Source: an uncultured delta proteobacterium
GTDB taxonomy: Bacteria > Desulfobacterota > Binatia > UBA9968
Direction of reading: 5' to 3'
Length of the DNA stretch: 64,000 nucleotides
Assembly: GCA_963728565.1 (NCBI GenBank)
Contig: CAVSLC010000011.1
Span: forward strand, 1 to 64,000
The translations under genes were made by a program, and so were the position numbers. Shown here piece after piece: positions 52,541-63,931 of the stretch. Below the pieces are notes generated by a model. It worked only from the letters and a program-made list of their open reading frames with translations. It was not told the origin of the DNA and did not search any database. The number at the start of each line of letters is the position of its first letter. Within the stretch, counting starts at the first letter, position 1.

Positions 52541-53530
52541 TCACTTCGAAATTCCGCCTTCGCGCATGACTTCATCGAGCAGCGTTTCGTCGATGAGCTG
52601 TGCTGCGTTGATCGGCCGGTCGATTTTTTGCGCGGCACGGGCAAAGTCGACGAGCAATTGATATCCGCTCACCCGGTTTCTCCCATCCGGGCTGAGCAAA
52701 TCCAGGAGCTGCTTGTAAGCCAAAGCCGCGAGTTCCTGGTCCATGTTGAATTCCCGAGCGAGAAGCTGCGTAGTATCGGCGCGGTTATCTCGGATATAAT
52801 TCATCGAGCGCAGTGAAGCGCGGATGAACCGTTTTACCGTGTTGGGCTGCTTCTTGACCTTCTCGGCATTCACGACCACAGCCGTGCCCGGAACATCAAC
52901 ATAATCTCGGGTCGTGGCGAGCTTCGAAAAGCCCTCTTTGTCAGCAAGGAAATTGAAGGGCGAGCTCAACATCGTCGCGGCGATGGCGCCGGCTCTCAGC
53001 GCCGCAAACCGTTCCGGCGTTCCGCCCATGGCAAGGAGATTGACGTCGCGCTCCGGCTGCACGCCATTTTTGACAAGGATGCGGCGCACCATGGTATCGA
53101 CGAGTCCGCCGGGATTGAGCGAACCGATGGGCTGGCCTTTGAGGTCGGCAATGCGGCGATATTTGGCCTGCGCGTATAATCCCTGATCGACGTGAGCGTT
53201 GTAGCTCAAGACAATGCGCAACGGCGCGCCCGCTACGAAGGCGGTTACCGCGGTGGTACTGCCCATCGCAAAGTCGGCGTCGTTGGTGAGCAACGTCTGG
53301 ATATCCAAGCCGCCGCGAATATAAACCAGGCTCACATGAAGTCCTTCTCTTTGAAAGAAGCCCTTCTGCCGCGCGGTCTCCAAAATAGGGAAGTTGGTGA
53401 TGGATTTGCTGGGATAACTGACGACAATCTTCTCGGCGGGCGCGAAGCTCTGACCCTGTGCGTGCGTTGCAACGACGGCAGCGACAATAGCGCTTAACAC
53501 AAACATGCAGATGTTGAATGAGGCCGCCAT
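52541..53530 (-). CDS. NMT1/THI5-like ABC substrate-binding protein
   Basis: Signal peptide, ARQKGFFQREGL, DLKGQPIG, GGTPERFAAL. Confidence 0.85.
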   Translation of the reverse strand: MAASFNICMFVLSAIVAAVVATHAQGQSFAPAEKIVVSYPSKSITNFPILETARQKGFFQREGLHVSLVYIRGGLDIQTLLTNDADFAMGSTTAVTAFVAGAPLRIVLSYNAHVDQGLYAQAKYRRIADLKGQPIGSLNPGGLVDTMVRRILVKNGVQPERDVNLLAMGGTPERFAALRAGAIAATMLSSPFNFLADKEGFSKLATTRDYVDVPGTAVVVNAEKVKKQPNTVKRFIRASLRSMNYIRDNRADTTQLLAREFNMDQELAALAYKQLLDLLSPDGRNRVSGYQLLVDFARAAQKIDRPINAAQLIDETLLDEVMREGGISK

Positions 53531-53892
53531 GCTTCCTCTCCCCATTGCGAATCGGATCGATTCGAGCGCTTTCCCTCGTGAGATCCTCAATAATCGATGA
53601 CGTCTCAAAATGTCAACGACAATCAGCCTGACTCGGATTGAGCGAAAAGTCCAAAAGATGAAGATTGCTCAGACTGTTCTCAAACGATAAAGTTCAATTG
53701 CGCGCCATTGGATTGATCAACAAAAGCCCCGAGTCCGCAGTGTCAAAGATACTGGAACTTACTGGTCGCTCACTCCAATACGGCGACGCACTAATCACTC
53801 GTCTTCGAGCGATCACTCGCGAAGAACATAAAGAACTTTGAGACAGTCGCACAACCTGCATCTTGCGACACCGGAATCGGGAGTAAAGAACG

Positions 53893-54258
53893 ATGCCTCT
53901 TCCTATTGAGCAAATAAAAACGATCCGGCGTTGGCTCGGGTGGATCTTTGTCGCGTCCTTGCTGGTGACGTTCTTAGTAGGATTTATCGCGGCATGGAGG
54001 AACCCCTGGCATGGCATACTGCGAAGCGAAGAAATGGTGGTTTTCGCGTCATTGGTAACATCTGTTACGACTTTTCTTGGATTTCTGGTTACGACCGGGA
54101 TGACATGGCGAAAAGAACGTCGCGAGACTGATCACGCCAGTGTTGAACTGGAGAAAAACAAACTAGAGCTTGAGAAGCTCCGCCGTGAGATTGGCGACAA
54201 AAACGTCGCAGCGCAAGCCAAAAGGAATAAGATGAGCAAGCGGAAGCGCGTCGGTTAA
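53893..54258 (+). CDS. Hypothetical 2-TM membrane protein with coiled-coil tail
   Basis: Two hydrophobic helices followed by ELEKNKLELEKLRRE. Confidence 0.55.
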   Translation: MPLPIEQIKTIRRWLGWIFVASLLVTFLVGFIAAWRNPWHGILRSEEMVVFASLVTSVTTFLGFLVTTGMTWRKERRETDHASVELEKNKLELEKLRREIGDKNVAAQAKRNKMSKRKRVG

Positions 54259-54405
54259 GACGCATTCTCCCGACCTGCTTCAACATTTCTTCTGTTTCCT
54301 TTTAAGCTCTTTTAGGCTACCATCCGGGCGTAATTTTCACTCCGCCTTTCGGTTGCATTTCGACCGACCGGGCCAGCCACGGCCGGGACTTAAGGGGACC
54401 TTTCC

Positions 54406-54651
54406 ATGGCTCTCCTAGTTTATCACCACCATACAATCGTCAGTACGCCTATCTACGATGACGAGACCGGAAAATGGAAATGCGTTGCTTCGATTAGCTG
54501 GGCGCAAAGTAAAGGGCTCCCTCGCCAGCTGCATTCCATCCAGAATTGCTTTGAACCATTCTCGCGCTATGAGGACGCCGAAAACGCCGGACTGGAAGCG
54601 GCAAAAAACTGGGTTGAGAGCAGGGGCAGCAAACAGTTGCAAGTTAGTTGA
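54406..54651 (+). CDS. Small hypothetical protein
   Basis: RBS AAGGGGA; protein-like 81-aa sequence ending AENAGLEAAKNWVE. Confidence 0.55.
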   Translation: MALLVYHHHTIVSTPIYDDETGKWKCVASISWAQSKGLPRQLHSIQNCFEPFSRYEDAENAGLEAAKNWVESRGSKQLQVS

Positions 54652-55323
54652 CGGGTCCGTTCAGGGAGCGGCGCGAATTTGGCGAAACCACTCGGCATTT
54701 CTACTGCCCTCTAATTCTTCTCCGACTTCACAAAATTTCAAACAGCCGGGTTGTTGTAGCCGAGTCCCATGGTCGTTGGGTTTTGGTTTTGCGTTTCAAC
54801 CATCCAAAAGGAACGGTCGCGAAGCGCGTTTCTTTCGCATCGATGGAGAGATCGATCTCGGGGAAAGTTCCTGTAAGGTCATTCACTTTTACCCGGCGAC
54901 GTGGGCCAGTTTGCGCTTACTAAAATCAATAAATTTGGCTGCATCCTATAGACCCGGATTCCGCAGTTAAAACGGTCGAGCGTTCACGCCGGGCGGAATC
55001 CTGGAGTAACGAAGGCGTCCGACACTTAAATTTCAAAGTCATTCTACGCCGTGAACTTCATCGCTATCAGGCTGCAACACGCTCGCAATCATTGTCTGCT
55101 TAGAGGCACTAACCCATCGACTTCGTTACGGAAGGATTTCGCCTCGCGTTCTCTGTCAAACTCAACTGCGGAATCCGGGATAAACAACGATGCTAATTCT
55201 AGTAAAAAACTTTCATGTCGACTTGTTCTTTTGAAAGCTTGACGCTCTTTTCGTCTAACAAAACATCGAATAAGATCGGCTCTTAAGGTGGAGTGTAGTC
55301 CGATTATTTCTAGAGGAGTTGCG

Positions 55324-57018
55324 ATGAGCTTCAATTCATCGACCTACGTAAATTTCGTTTCCGCAGCGAGTGCCGCACAGGAGAGGCTTTTTCTGCAGTA
55401 TCTGGGACATCGATCCGACTTCGACATCATTATCATCGGTTCGGGAATCGGCGGTGGCGTGCTGGGCGACGACCTTGCAGAGCGCTTGGGCAAGCAGAAG
55501 CGAATCCTGGTCCTGGAAGCCGGATCGTTTCTGTATCCAACCCACGTCTATAACGTCTGTCGTTTTCCCAACGCGAGTCTAGCCAAGCATTTCGGCTGCG
55601 GTACCTTCTGGCAGGCCGGGAACGAACAATCACAAAACTACATCGGCGAGCAACCGCAACTCAATTTCGGTGGCCGTTCGATTTTCTGGTCCGGCCTGAT
55701 CCCGTCGATTCAGGGATGGGAGCTCGAATTCTTTCCTGATCGCGTAAGACAGGATCTACAGAGCGGACTGCTTGCGAGAGCAGGCGAGACGATGAACGAA
55801 TCGCGATCGATGGGGGCCACGGCGCAGGCGGTCGTCAGCAAGCTGCGCCAGAGTCCGTTGGCGCAGGACTTTTCGATTCAGGAAACGCCGCGCGCCCTGC
55901 ACCAGCCTTATCTGACGGCGGAGGGCGTTCCCAGCGATCAGTTTTTTACCGAACCGACCGGTGTATTCAACACCGCCGAGCTGCTCATCAATCAGGCGGG
56001 GCTGACACCGGGTGTAAACCATGGCGATGGTCCGGGACTCCAGCTTCTACTGAATCATTTCGTCGAGGATGTGCAGAATGCCGATGGCAATCGTTTCGAG
56101 CTTGTGACGCGCAATACCCTGACCGGCCAGATACGAAATTTCAACGCCGGCACAGTGGTGCTGGCCGGTGGCTCCATCGAGAGTCCGAAGCTGTTGCGCC
56201 GCTCGAGCCTGTTTCCCTGGCTGCCCGATGGCGTGAAAAGTCTGGTTGGGCGCGGCCTCACAGACCACCCGACCAGCAATGAGATTACCACGTTCGTGAC
56301 TAACATCGGCAACGTGCCGATACCGAAGGATTCGCATGCCAAAATTGTCTTCTACTCGCGCGGTTTGCGCGATTCGCAGAACCAGATTCGGTATCCGTTC
56401 AATGTCGAGATGAACATCAACCACGAATACTGGCATCTCCGCGAGAATGATCCGAAGGAGAGGGATTCAGGCGGTGCGACGTCCAACGGTAACAGCGGCG
56501 CCTCCAGAGTCGATATCAAGTTCAGCTTCGGCAACTGTCTCGATAACATCAACGAGGTTCTACCGGCTCCTCCGTTCGGGTATGTGCCCCAAGTGAATTT
56601 CCGAAACTTGAAATGGATGGATCATCTGGCGCAATCGCGCTTCCCGGCGGTTGCGGGTTGGCAGAAAAGCTATGATGAAATTTTTGCGGTGCTCAATCAG
56701 GTGACGTACCAGATTTTCTCGCAATTTCAGCAAGACGGGCATGAAGCCCGGCCGCTTAACGAGAGCTGGTATGGCATGGACGGCAAAGGCTTCGGGTGGG
56801 GCACGGTGCACCACGCGGCCGGTAGCCTCCGCATGCCGCACCGGACGAGGTATGACGGGCCCATCGAGTCGCAATCAGTTGTGGATGAGGATTTGCGAGT
56901 TGTCGGCACACAGCATCTTTATGTCTGCGATATGTCGGTGATGCCGTTCAGTTCGGCAGCGAATCCGGTGCGAACACTGGTTGCGCTCGCTCTGCGGTTA
57001 TCCAATCATTTTGGATAG
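55324..57018 (+). CDS. GMC-family FAD oxidoreductase
   Basis: RBS AGAGGAG; DIIIIGSGIGG, LVLEAG, LAGGSIESPKLL, TVHHAAG, YVCDMS..AANP. Confidence 0.88.
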   Translation: MSFNSSTYVNFVSAASAAQERLFLQYLGHRSDFDIIIIGSGIGGGVLGDDLAERLGKQKRILVLEAGSFLYPTHVYNVCRFPNASLAKHFGCGTFWQAGNEQSQNYIGEQPQLNFGGRSIFWSGLIPSIQGWELEFFPDRVRQDLQSGLLARAGETMNESRSMGATAQAVVSKLRQSPLAQDFSIQETPRALHQPYLTAEGVPSDQFFTEPTGVFNTAELLINQAGLTPGVNHGDGPGLQLLLNHFVEDVQNADGNRFELVTRNTLTGQIRNFNAGTVVLAGGSIESPKLLRRSSLFPWLPDGVKSLVGRGLTDHPTSNEITTFVTNIGNVPIPKDSHAKIVFYSRGLRDSQNQIRYPFNVEMNINHEYWHLRENDPKERDSGGATSNGNSGASRVDIKFSFGNCLDNINEVLPAPPFGYVPQVNFRNLKWMDHLAQSRFPAVAGWQKSYDEIFAVLNQVTYQIFSQFQQDGHEARPLNESWYGMDGKGFGWGTVHHAAGSLRMPHRTRYDGPIESQSVVDEDLRVVGTQHLYVCDMSVMPFSSAANPVRTLVALALRLSNHFG

Positions 57019-57090
57019 TGAGTCTCACGTTAAGGTCTGGTGAGAATTCATCCTTACTGAATTGGTTTGGTAAGGTGAATTGGATGAATA

Positions 57091-58138
57091 CTATGTTGCT
57101 AGCAATAGATATCGATTGTCGTCGTGACTTAACTTTGTGCCGAACGTGGAAGACAGCCGAGCGACGTTGTCCATAATTGCCGCTGATCCTGGTTGGTCAG
57201 GTCCTAATAAAGCAGGCTGCTCTTTTTCGTTGAGCGCGCTTGGAATGGCAGCAACTGTCGATATCTTATGATTGCGTAACTCTGCGACGACGACCAGACC
57301 ATTTCGATATCCCCGAGCCGGTTTAAAATCCGATCCGAAGATAAAATTACCCAAACTATAAAAGATCGGTTTCCCTTTGTAAATTTCGACGGCTTGGATG
57401 ACGTGCGGGTGGCTTCCGACCACCAGATCGGCGCCGGCGTCGACAGCCGACCGTCCCAAGGTGGTCTGATACTGGCAGACTTCGTACTGCCCTGAAACTC
57501 CCCAATGGAAATAGACGATCACGACGTCCACTTTTTTGCGGAGTTCGATGATGTCGTTCCTGACTTCCTGGAGCTGCTTTTCATCGGGATGGGTCAGCGT
57601 CGTCGCAGGCGCGCCGGGCATCTCAAAAAGTCGCCGATGGGGCTCATACGAAGTATAAACTTTCACACTCGCAACGCCTGCTTTGCTTTCAGTCGCCGCC
57701 TGTCCGACCGGCCAAAATACCGACGTATAGGAAAGCAGACCGAACGTTGTATCCTTCGCTCCGAATATCGCGGGGCGCCGCGCTTCCCGTACGTTCATCC
57801 CGGCGCCGGCATGGCCGATGTTGTATTTCTCGAGTAAAGACAGAGACTGTTTGATTGCATCGTCTCCGAAATGAACGTTGTTGGCGCAAGCGGCGGCGTT
57901 GATTTTGAGTTCAGCGAGCACCTTAACAAAGTCTCGATTGCAATGGCGCCAACCCGGCTTATGCTGAAGCAATACGTCGGGATCGAAAAGACAGCCTTCC
58001 AGATTGCAGATTTTCACATCGAAAGCGTCGAAATCTTCCCTCACTCAGATCCAGCACGTTCGCTGGTTCGATTGGGCTGCCGAGATTAATGTCTCCCACT
58101 AATGCCAGCGACAAATCGCGCCGCGTGTCACTCGCCAT
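57091..58138 (-). CDS. CapA-family metallophosphatase (frameshift near 58045)
   Basis: LVGDINL / CNLEG, ANNVH, YFHWG, GADLVVGSHPHVIQ, YSLGNFIF. Confidence 0.85.
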
Positions 58139-58358
58139 TTCTTTGCTCCTCGTTGGTACGTTTAACTTAGTGTTAAGCAAATGTCTATTTAGCTTGGCGC
58201 GAACGGGAGTTGTCGCACTCCGCCGCTTCATGTGAGCCGCTATTGTGAGCGCCGCCCGGTTAGGATTGTGAGCACCCTGAAAATGGGATATGAGTTTTCT
58301 GCGTTTATCACTTGCCCGCCGATTCGATACCAGCATTCAATATAGAGGAGAGCGCTTT

Positions 58359-59738
58359 ATGAACGAGACGAGCGACCTGGCCAAATGGATGGTGGGGTTG
58401 AAATGGGTAGACATTCCCCGCGAAGTCATCGACTATTCGAAAATTCTTGTTCTCGATACCATGGGCTGCATGTTAGGCGGATCGATTCAGGATAGTAACA
58501 AAGCTGCGCTTCGTTATACTCGCGCCATGGGTGGCTCGCCCGATTCAACGGTGGTCAATTATGGAGACCGAACCAACCCTTTTAACGCCGCCTTTATAAA
58601 TGCTTCCTTCGGCCACGGTTGGGACTTCGACGACATGATCAATGCCGGCGCGGGGCATGCCGTGAGCGCTTGTACGGCCGCGACGATGGCGTTGGCGGAA
58701 AAAGAAATCATTAGCGGGAGAGAGTTTCTCGAGGCTTGGATCACGGGTTACGAAGTCTCCAATCGTATCGGCGCCGCCACAAAGCCGGGGCACTTGAAAC
58801 GGGGTTTTCACGAGGTCGGGACGATCGGTCCCTTCGCTGGAAGCGCTGCCGCAAGTAAAATTTTGCGGTTGAACAAATGGCAAAGCGAGAATGCGATTGG
58901 GATTACCGTGAGCCAGGCGGCTGGAACCTTCCAGCACAGCCAGACCACCGGCGGCGCGATCAAGAGGTGTCATGCCGGCTTTGCGGCGGCGAGCGGAGTT
59001 CGATCGGCGTTGTTAGCAAAGGAAGGAATGACGGCTGCAAGGGAAGCTCTTGAAGGCAAGAAGGGCTTTGTCTTGTGCCACTCCGGGGACGAGAATGACA
59101 TGGATGCGATTACGCGAGACCTGGGTAAGGAGTGGTATACGACCAAAGCGGCTATGAAACCATACTCGTGTTGCGCGGGGCAGTACGGCATGCTCGACAT
59201 TATCTATAAGATGAAGGGGAAATACGATCTCAAGCCGGAAAATATTGAACGCATCAAGCTCTGGGGCAGCATCCGAAATATGTGGATGGTAGGCACGATC
59301 AAAGGTGAAGAGGTCAAGGATATCTTCGGCGCGCAGTTCAGCGCCAGATTCGGCGTGGGTCTGGCGTTGGTCGTGGGAGAAAACCGGATCAAAGCTTATC
59401 ACCAGAATATTCCGCCTTTTGGCAAATGGGCAGAAGTTGTCGAACTGGCTAAAAAAGTGGACGTGTACAACGACGACGAGATTCCGGAACGCGGCCCCAT
59501 CTTCGGTTATGCGAAATGCGAAATCCAATTAAAAGACGGTCGCACGTTGAAGGGCGAGTCGGGATCGCCCATGGGTTTTCCGGGTAACCCGATGCAACGG
59601 GAAGAGCGCCTGGAAAAGTTTTACGGTCAGGCGTTGCTAGTCCAGACTAAAGAAAAGGCCGACAGGATTGTCGAACTGGTTGAGAATCTCGAAAACCTAG
59701 AGGATATCCGGCCGATCGTCAGAAATATGATTTGCTAG
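58359..59738 (+). CDS. MmgE/PrpD family protein
   Basis: RBS AGAGGAG; LDTMGCMLGG, GHGWDFDD...GH, GYEV, LEGKKGF, AQFS. Confidence 0.92.
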   Translation: MNETSDLAKWMVGLKWVDIPREVIDYSKILVLDTMGCMLGGSIQDSNKAALRYTRAMGGSPDSTVVNYGDRTNPFNAAFINASFGHGWDFDDMINAGAGHAVSACTAATMALAEKEIISGREFLEAWITGYEVSNRIGAATKPGHLKRGFHEVGTIGPFAGSAAASKILRLNKWQSENAIGITVSQAAGTFQHSQTTGGAIKRCHAGFAAASGVRSALLAKEGMTAAREALEGKKGFVLCHSGDENDMDAITRDLGKEWYTTKAAMKPYSCCAGQYGMLDIIYKMKGKYDLKPENIERIKLWGSIRNMWMVGTIKGEEVKDIFGAQFSARFGVGLALVVGENRIKAYHQNIPPFGKWAEVVELAKKVDVYNDDEIPERGPIFGYAKCEIQLKDGRTLKGESGSPMGFPGNPMQREERLEKFYGQALLVQTKEKADRIVELVENLENLEDIRPIVRNMIC

Positions 59739-59760
59739 ATTGGTTACGGTCGAGAGCGAC

Positions 59761-60701
59761 ATGAGCGAAGGATCCGAGTTCGACATTGTTATCATCGGCG
59801 GAGGAGTCGCTGGTCTTAGCGCTGCATTGTTCGCGGCGCGCTTCGGACATTCGACAATGGTCATTGAGCGCTTTTCGCCCGGCGGTCATTTGGTGAACGT
59901 CGAGAGCATCGAGGACTTTCCGGGTTTCCGAACGGCGTGCCGGGGTATGAGCTCGTTCCACTAATGCAAGAGCAAGCCGCTAAATATGGTGCTGAGTTTC
60001 AAATGGCCGAGGTCGAAAGCATTGAGGCGGTGGAATCGTACTGGCAAGTGAACACCGCTGAAGGCATCTGTCACGCCAAAGCGGTGATCGTCGCAACCGG
60101 GTCTCATCCAAAGGATCTGGGCGTGCCGCGTGAGAGCGCACTGCGTGGGCAAGGGGTTTCTAATTGCGCCAGTTGCGACGGACCTCTGTTTACCGATCAA
60201 GTGGTCGGAGTTGTCGGCGGAGGGAGCTACGCCCTGCAGGAAGCGTTAACCTTGGTAAACCACGCCTCTCAAGTGATCTTGTTTCACGATCAAAGAACGC
60301 TCTCCGCTCCGCAGACTCTCCAGCAAAGAGTGCTCAGCCATCCTAAAGTAGCCGCGCGCTACAATACGACGGTGGAAGAGATCCAGGGAGATGATGCAGT
60401 TACGGGTGCCGCGGTTCGCGATACCCTCACCGGAGAAAAATCTCAGGTTCAGCTCGCTGGTATGTTCATATATGCAGGCTTGGAGCCAAACACGGACTTT
60501 TTGAAAAACCTTCTGCGGCTGGATCACGATAATCGGGTGCCAACTGATGGCTGGATGCGGACTGAACTCCCCGGTCTGTTCGCGGCAGGAGATTTACGAA
60601 CGGACTCCGCGGGGCTGGCGATTACCTCAGCTGGTGATGGTGCAGCCGCGGCTATAGGAGCTCACGGATACCTCAAAGACCGGGTATGGAGACAAAAGTA
60701 G
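59761..60701 (+). CDS. trxB: Thioredoxin-disulfide reductase-like FAD oxidoreductase (frameshift near 59930)
   Basis: IIGGGVAGLSAA, IEDFPGF, VIVATG, GVSNCASCDG, VVGGG, GLFAAGD. Confidence 0.85.
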
Positions 60702-60814
60702 CACCTGGGGACTGCGGCACGACGCACGATATCTCCATGTAAATTTCGTCTAAAAATGAGATAGATGTATCATGCTTTTTAGCAGAGCGTATAAAAAAGG
60801 GAGGGCAGCAACCT

Positions 60815-61390
60815 ATGAATGGCTTCATTGTATTAGATCCTGTGGGCATTCCTCAGAAGGGTACCAGGAAGCCGCTGAAAGGCGTGGGAAATCTTGAGGG
60901 CAAGAGGATTGGTTTTATTTGGGGGATGCATGAGCTCTCCACTAAGTTTTGGCCAGTTTTAGAAGAGGAGATAGTTGGCGCGCTCAAGCCCCGCGAGGTT
61001 CACCGAGTGCATAAGAATGACAAAACTGATGGAAGAGCTAAGGGCAATACCTGGATCCCGGCGCCATTGCGAATAATCGAGGAAGCCGCATCAAAGGTCG
61101 ACTATGCGGTTCTAGGTGTCGGGGCTTGAGGGTCCTGCACATCTGCCGCCGTGCGTGACACGGTAAATATGGTAAAGCTCGGGATTCCATCAGTTGTATT
61201 TGTCCACGAACCTTTCGAGAGACTCGCCAGAGCTCAGATGAGACAACTCGGAATAGAAGATTCAAAACCCTTTGTGATCGTCTATCCAGTCGATCGACCG
61301 TCCGCCGATTCCCAGGAGACAGTGCGTAAAAAAGCAAAAGAACAACTCCAGCGCATACCTGATTTGCTCAAGGTCCAACAGTGGCGGTGA
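60815..61390 (+). CDS. UGSC-family selenoprotein (Sec at TGA 61127-61129; 191 aa)
   Basis: ORFs 60815..61129 and 61151..61390 share a frame and join as ...DYAVLGVGA-U-GSCTSAAVRD...GIPSV. Confidence 0.85.
61130..61171 (+). promoter_or_regulatory. Bacterial SECIS-like hairpin
   Basis: CCGTG-CGTGA-CACGG (61149-61163); the apical loop starts 25 nt after the UGA with G at position 2. Confidence 0.6.
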
Positions 61391-61502
61391 CTGGTAACCG
61401 CTGTCGATGGCGACGAAGCTGCTCATGTAGTGAACGAATTGGATCGACAGAGAGGCTTCATCGGTGCTGAGCGCCGGGGTCGCATGACAAAGGAGTAGAA
61501 TC

Positions 61503-62596
61503 ATGAGCCTGCAAAATTACAAATTGACTTCGCAGCAGTACCAAGTCGAGGATATTGATGCGTTCGCAGATCTGGCCTATGAGAAGGGCTGGACCAATGG
61601 ATGCCCGTGTTCCCTCCGACACTCAAGAAAGTGACGGCGATCATCGACTATTTGAAACGGCCACCTGACGAGGCGCTCGGCATCGTTTCTCCTGGCGAAG
61701 GAGTCGCGACGATCGAGAAGATCGCAATCAATTGTGCGATGGCCGGCTGCAAGCCGGAATATGTTCCGGTGGTGCTTGCCGCCATGGAAGCGATACTGGA
61801 CCCGAATTTTCATATTTTGAGTGCCCAATGCAGTACATTCGGTGGTCTCGCCCCTGGCTATTATTAGCGGACCTGTGGTCAAGAAGCTTGGCTTTAACCA
61901 TTCCGAGGGAGCCCTCGGTGGTTCGGGTCATCGGGTAAACGCCACCATTGGCCGGGCGATCCGCTTGATCCTGTGGAACATCGGTCAGGGCAAGCCGGGA
62001 GAACTTTCGAAAACGGTGTACGGTGGACCGGCGCGCTGGCATTCATTGATCGCCGAGCGGCCGAGAGAAGAAGGGAATCCCTGGGACGAGTTCCACGTCG
62101 ATTACGCCGGGCTAAATGCTCAGGATAGCGCTGTGTCGATGCTAGGCGCCAATGGCAAGGTTGTATCGTGCGGCTTTGCAGCCTCATCGATCGACAATAA
62201 CATCTCGACAATAGCAAACGACATCAAGGGAGACGGCGTAGCGGCCGCTCCGCATGTCTTCGTGCTGAATCCGCAGGGAGCTAAAATTTTAGCGGATGCG
62301 GGCTGGAGCAAGGAGCGTTTCCGGGATGCAGTTTATGAGCAATGCTATGTTCAGGTGAGAGATATCAAAAAAGTAGCTAGCCAGGCTTCACCGACTAGCG
62401 TCTACTACTGGATGAAGAGGATCAGTCCGGATAATGACGATGCGAAACTCTTTCCATCGCCGAGCCCAGCCATTTGAAAATCTTGGTATCGGGAGGCTTT
62501 GGCGGCAGTCATGTGTGCTATCATTTCAGAGGCAGTACGCATTCGCTAACCGGCTCGGGCTTAGTTACAAAAAAGATCAACTGGAATTGGGACTAA
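61503..62596 (+). CDS. Conserved UGSC-associated hypothetical protein (several frameshifts)
   Basis: RBS AAGGAG; YEKGWTNG.PVFPPT, TIEKIAINCAMAGCKPEY.PVVLAA, GHRVNATIGRAIRL, LADAGWSK. Confidence 0.75.
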
Positions 62597-62651
62597 TGCA
62601 GAGAGCTTGAGTTACAGAAACAAAATCTTTATTGCATCGCAGGGGATTACA

Positions 62652-63700
62652 ATGGAAAAAGTTTCATTCTCAACGGCTTGTGTCGTTGGGTCCTGTTTCG
62701 GTATGCTTCCTTGGCTTTAATACTTCCCTTCACGCTCAAACAGACTCTTACTACAAAGGCAAAACTGTCACGATCGTAGTGGGCGTCTCTCCCGGCGGCG
62801 CCTATGATGTGTGGGCGCGGCTAATCGCGCCGCACCTAAGCAAACACATCCCGGCAATCGCAGGTCATCGTTCAAAATATGCCGGCGCCGGGAGTCAGTC
62901 GCCGCCAACTACGTTCACAACGTTGCCAAGCCTGATGGTTTGACCATGGTGATGCCGGCCAACCGATTGTATATCAATCAAATCGTCGGCCGCCCAGAGG
63001 TCAAGTACGATGTGCGAAAATTCGCATGGATCGGCAACCCGCAGAGATATTACACGGTGATCTATATGCGCGCCGACGCGCCATATAAGTCCATAGCGGA
63101 CATCATCAGCGCAAAAGACCAGCCAAATGCGGTGCGCCTGGGACAAACAGCGCCGGCTACACTCTTTCGCAACTCCTCGAAGAAGCTATAGGAGCCAAGT
63201 TCGAATTTGTGTTGGGGTATCCCGGCGCTAGTGAAATCGACTTGGCAGTTGAAAGAGGAGAAGTCATTTGCCGCGGTCACGATATCATCAATCACTTCAG
63301 TGGAAGCACTTATAGGGCTTGGCACGAAAGAGGGTTTGACCGCCACATCGTTCAAGACTCACCAAAAGAGACCCAAAACTGCCGGATACACCGACCATTT
63401 ATGAGCTCATGGATAAATACAAAACATCTCAGATCGCTCGCAATGTCACCGAGTTCATTTCAGCAAGCGCTGAATTTGGCCGGCCGATGCTGACCTCGCC
63501 AGGAACTCCGGTGGACCGAGTAAAAACATTACGCGAAGCTTACGCTAAGACGATGCAAGATCCGGGATTCATCGCGCAGACGAATAAATCAAAGTTGGTA
63601 TTGCAACTCTACCGGAGAAGAGTTACAGGCGTTGGTAGAACGGATCATGAACCAACCCACGGAGGTCATTGAGCGCGTAAAGAAAATATTAAACGAATAG
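62652..63700 (+). CDS. TctC/Bug tripartite tricarboxylate transporter substrate-binding protein (multiple frameshifts)
   Basis: YYKGKTVTIVVGVSPGGAYDVWARL, AKPDGLT, GYPGASEIDLAVERGEV, FGRPML..PGTP. Confidence 0.85.
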
Positions 63701-63931
63701 AGCTGCTGAATGACCGATTGGTTATTTCCACTTCACCCCGGCGCTGCGCCCTTAACGCGTAAATGCAATTCTGCTTACGAAGTGGTCTGGTTCCGTACCA
63801 TTTACGCCCCGCCGTCATACAGGTTAGGGCAATCAACGCAGCGGTGAAGATTGGATCCTAAGACTCGCAGCAAGCTGAAGCGGGCACTCCCGCTGGTCGA
63901 CTTCGCAAAAGGACTCACTCCGACTTAGGCG

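Noticed and set aside
57091-58138. Poly-gamma-glutamate capsule locus
   Set aside because: A lone capA-family gene with no capB/capC; such metallophosphatases are widespread.
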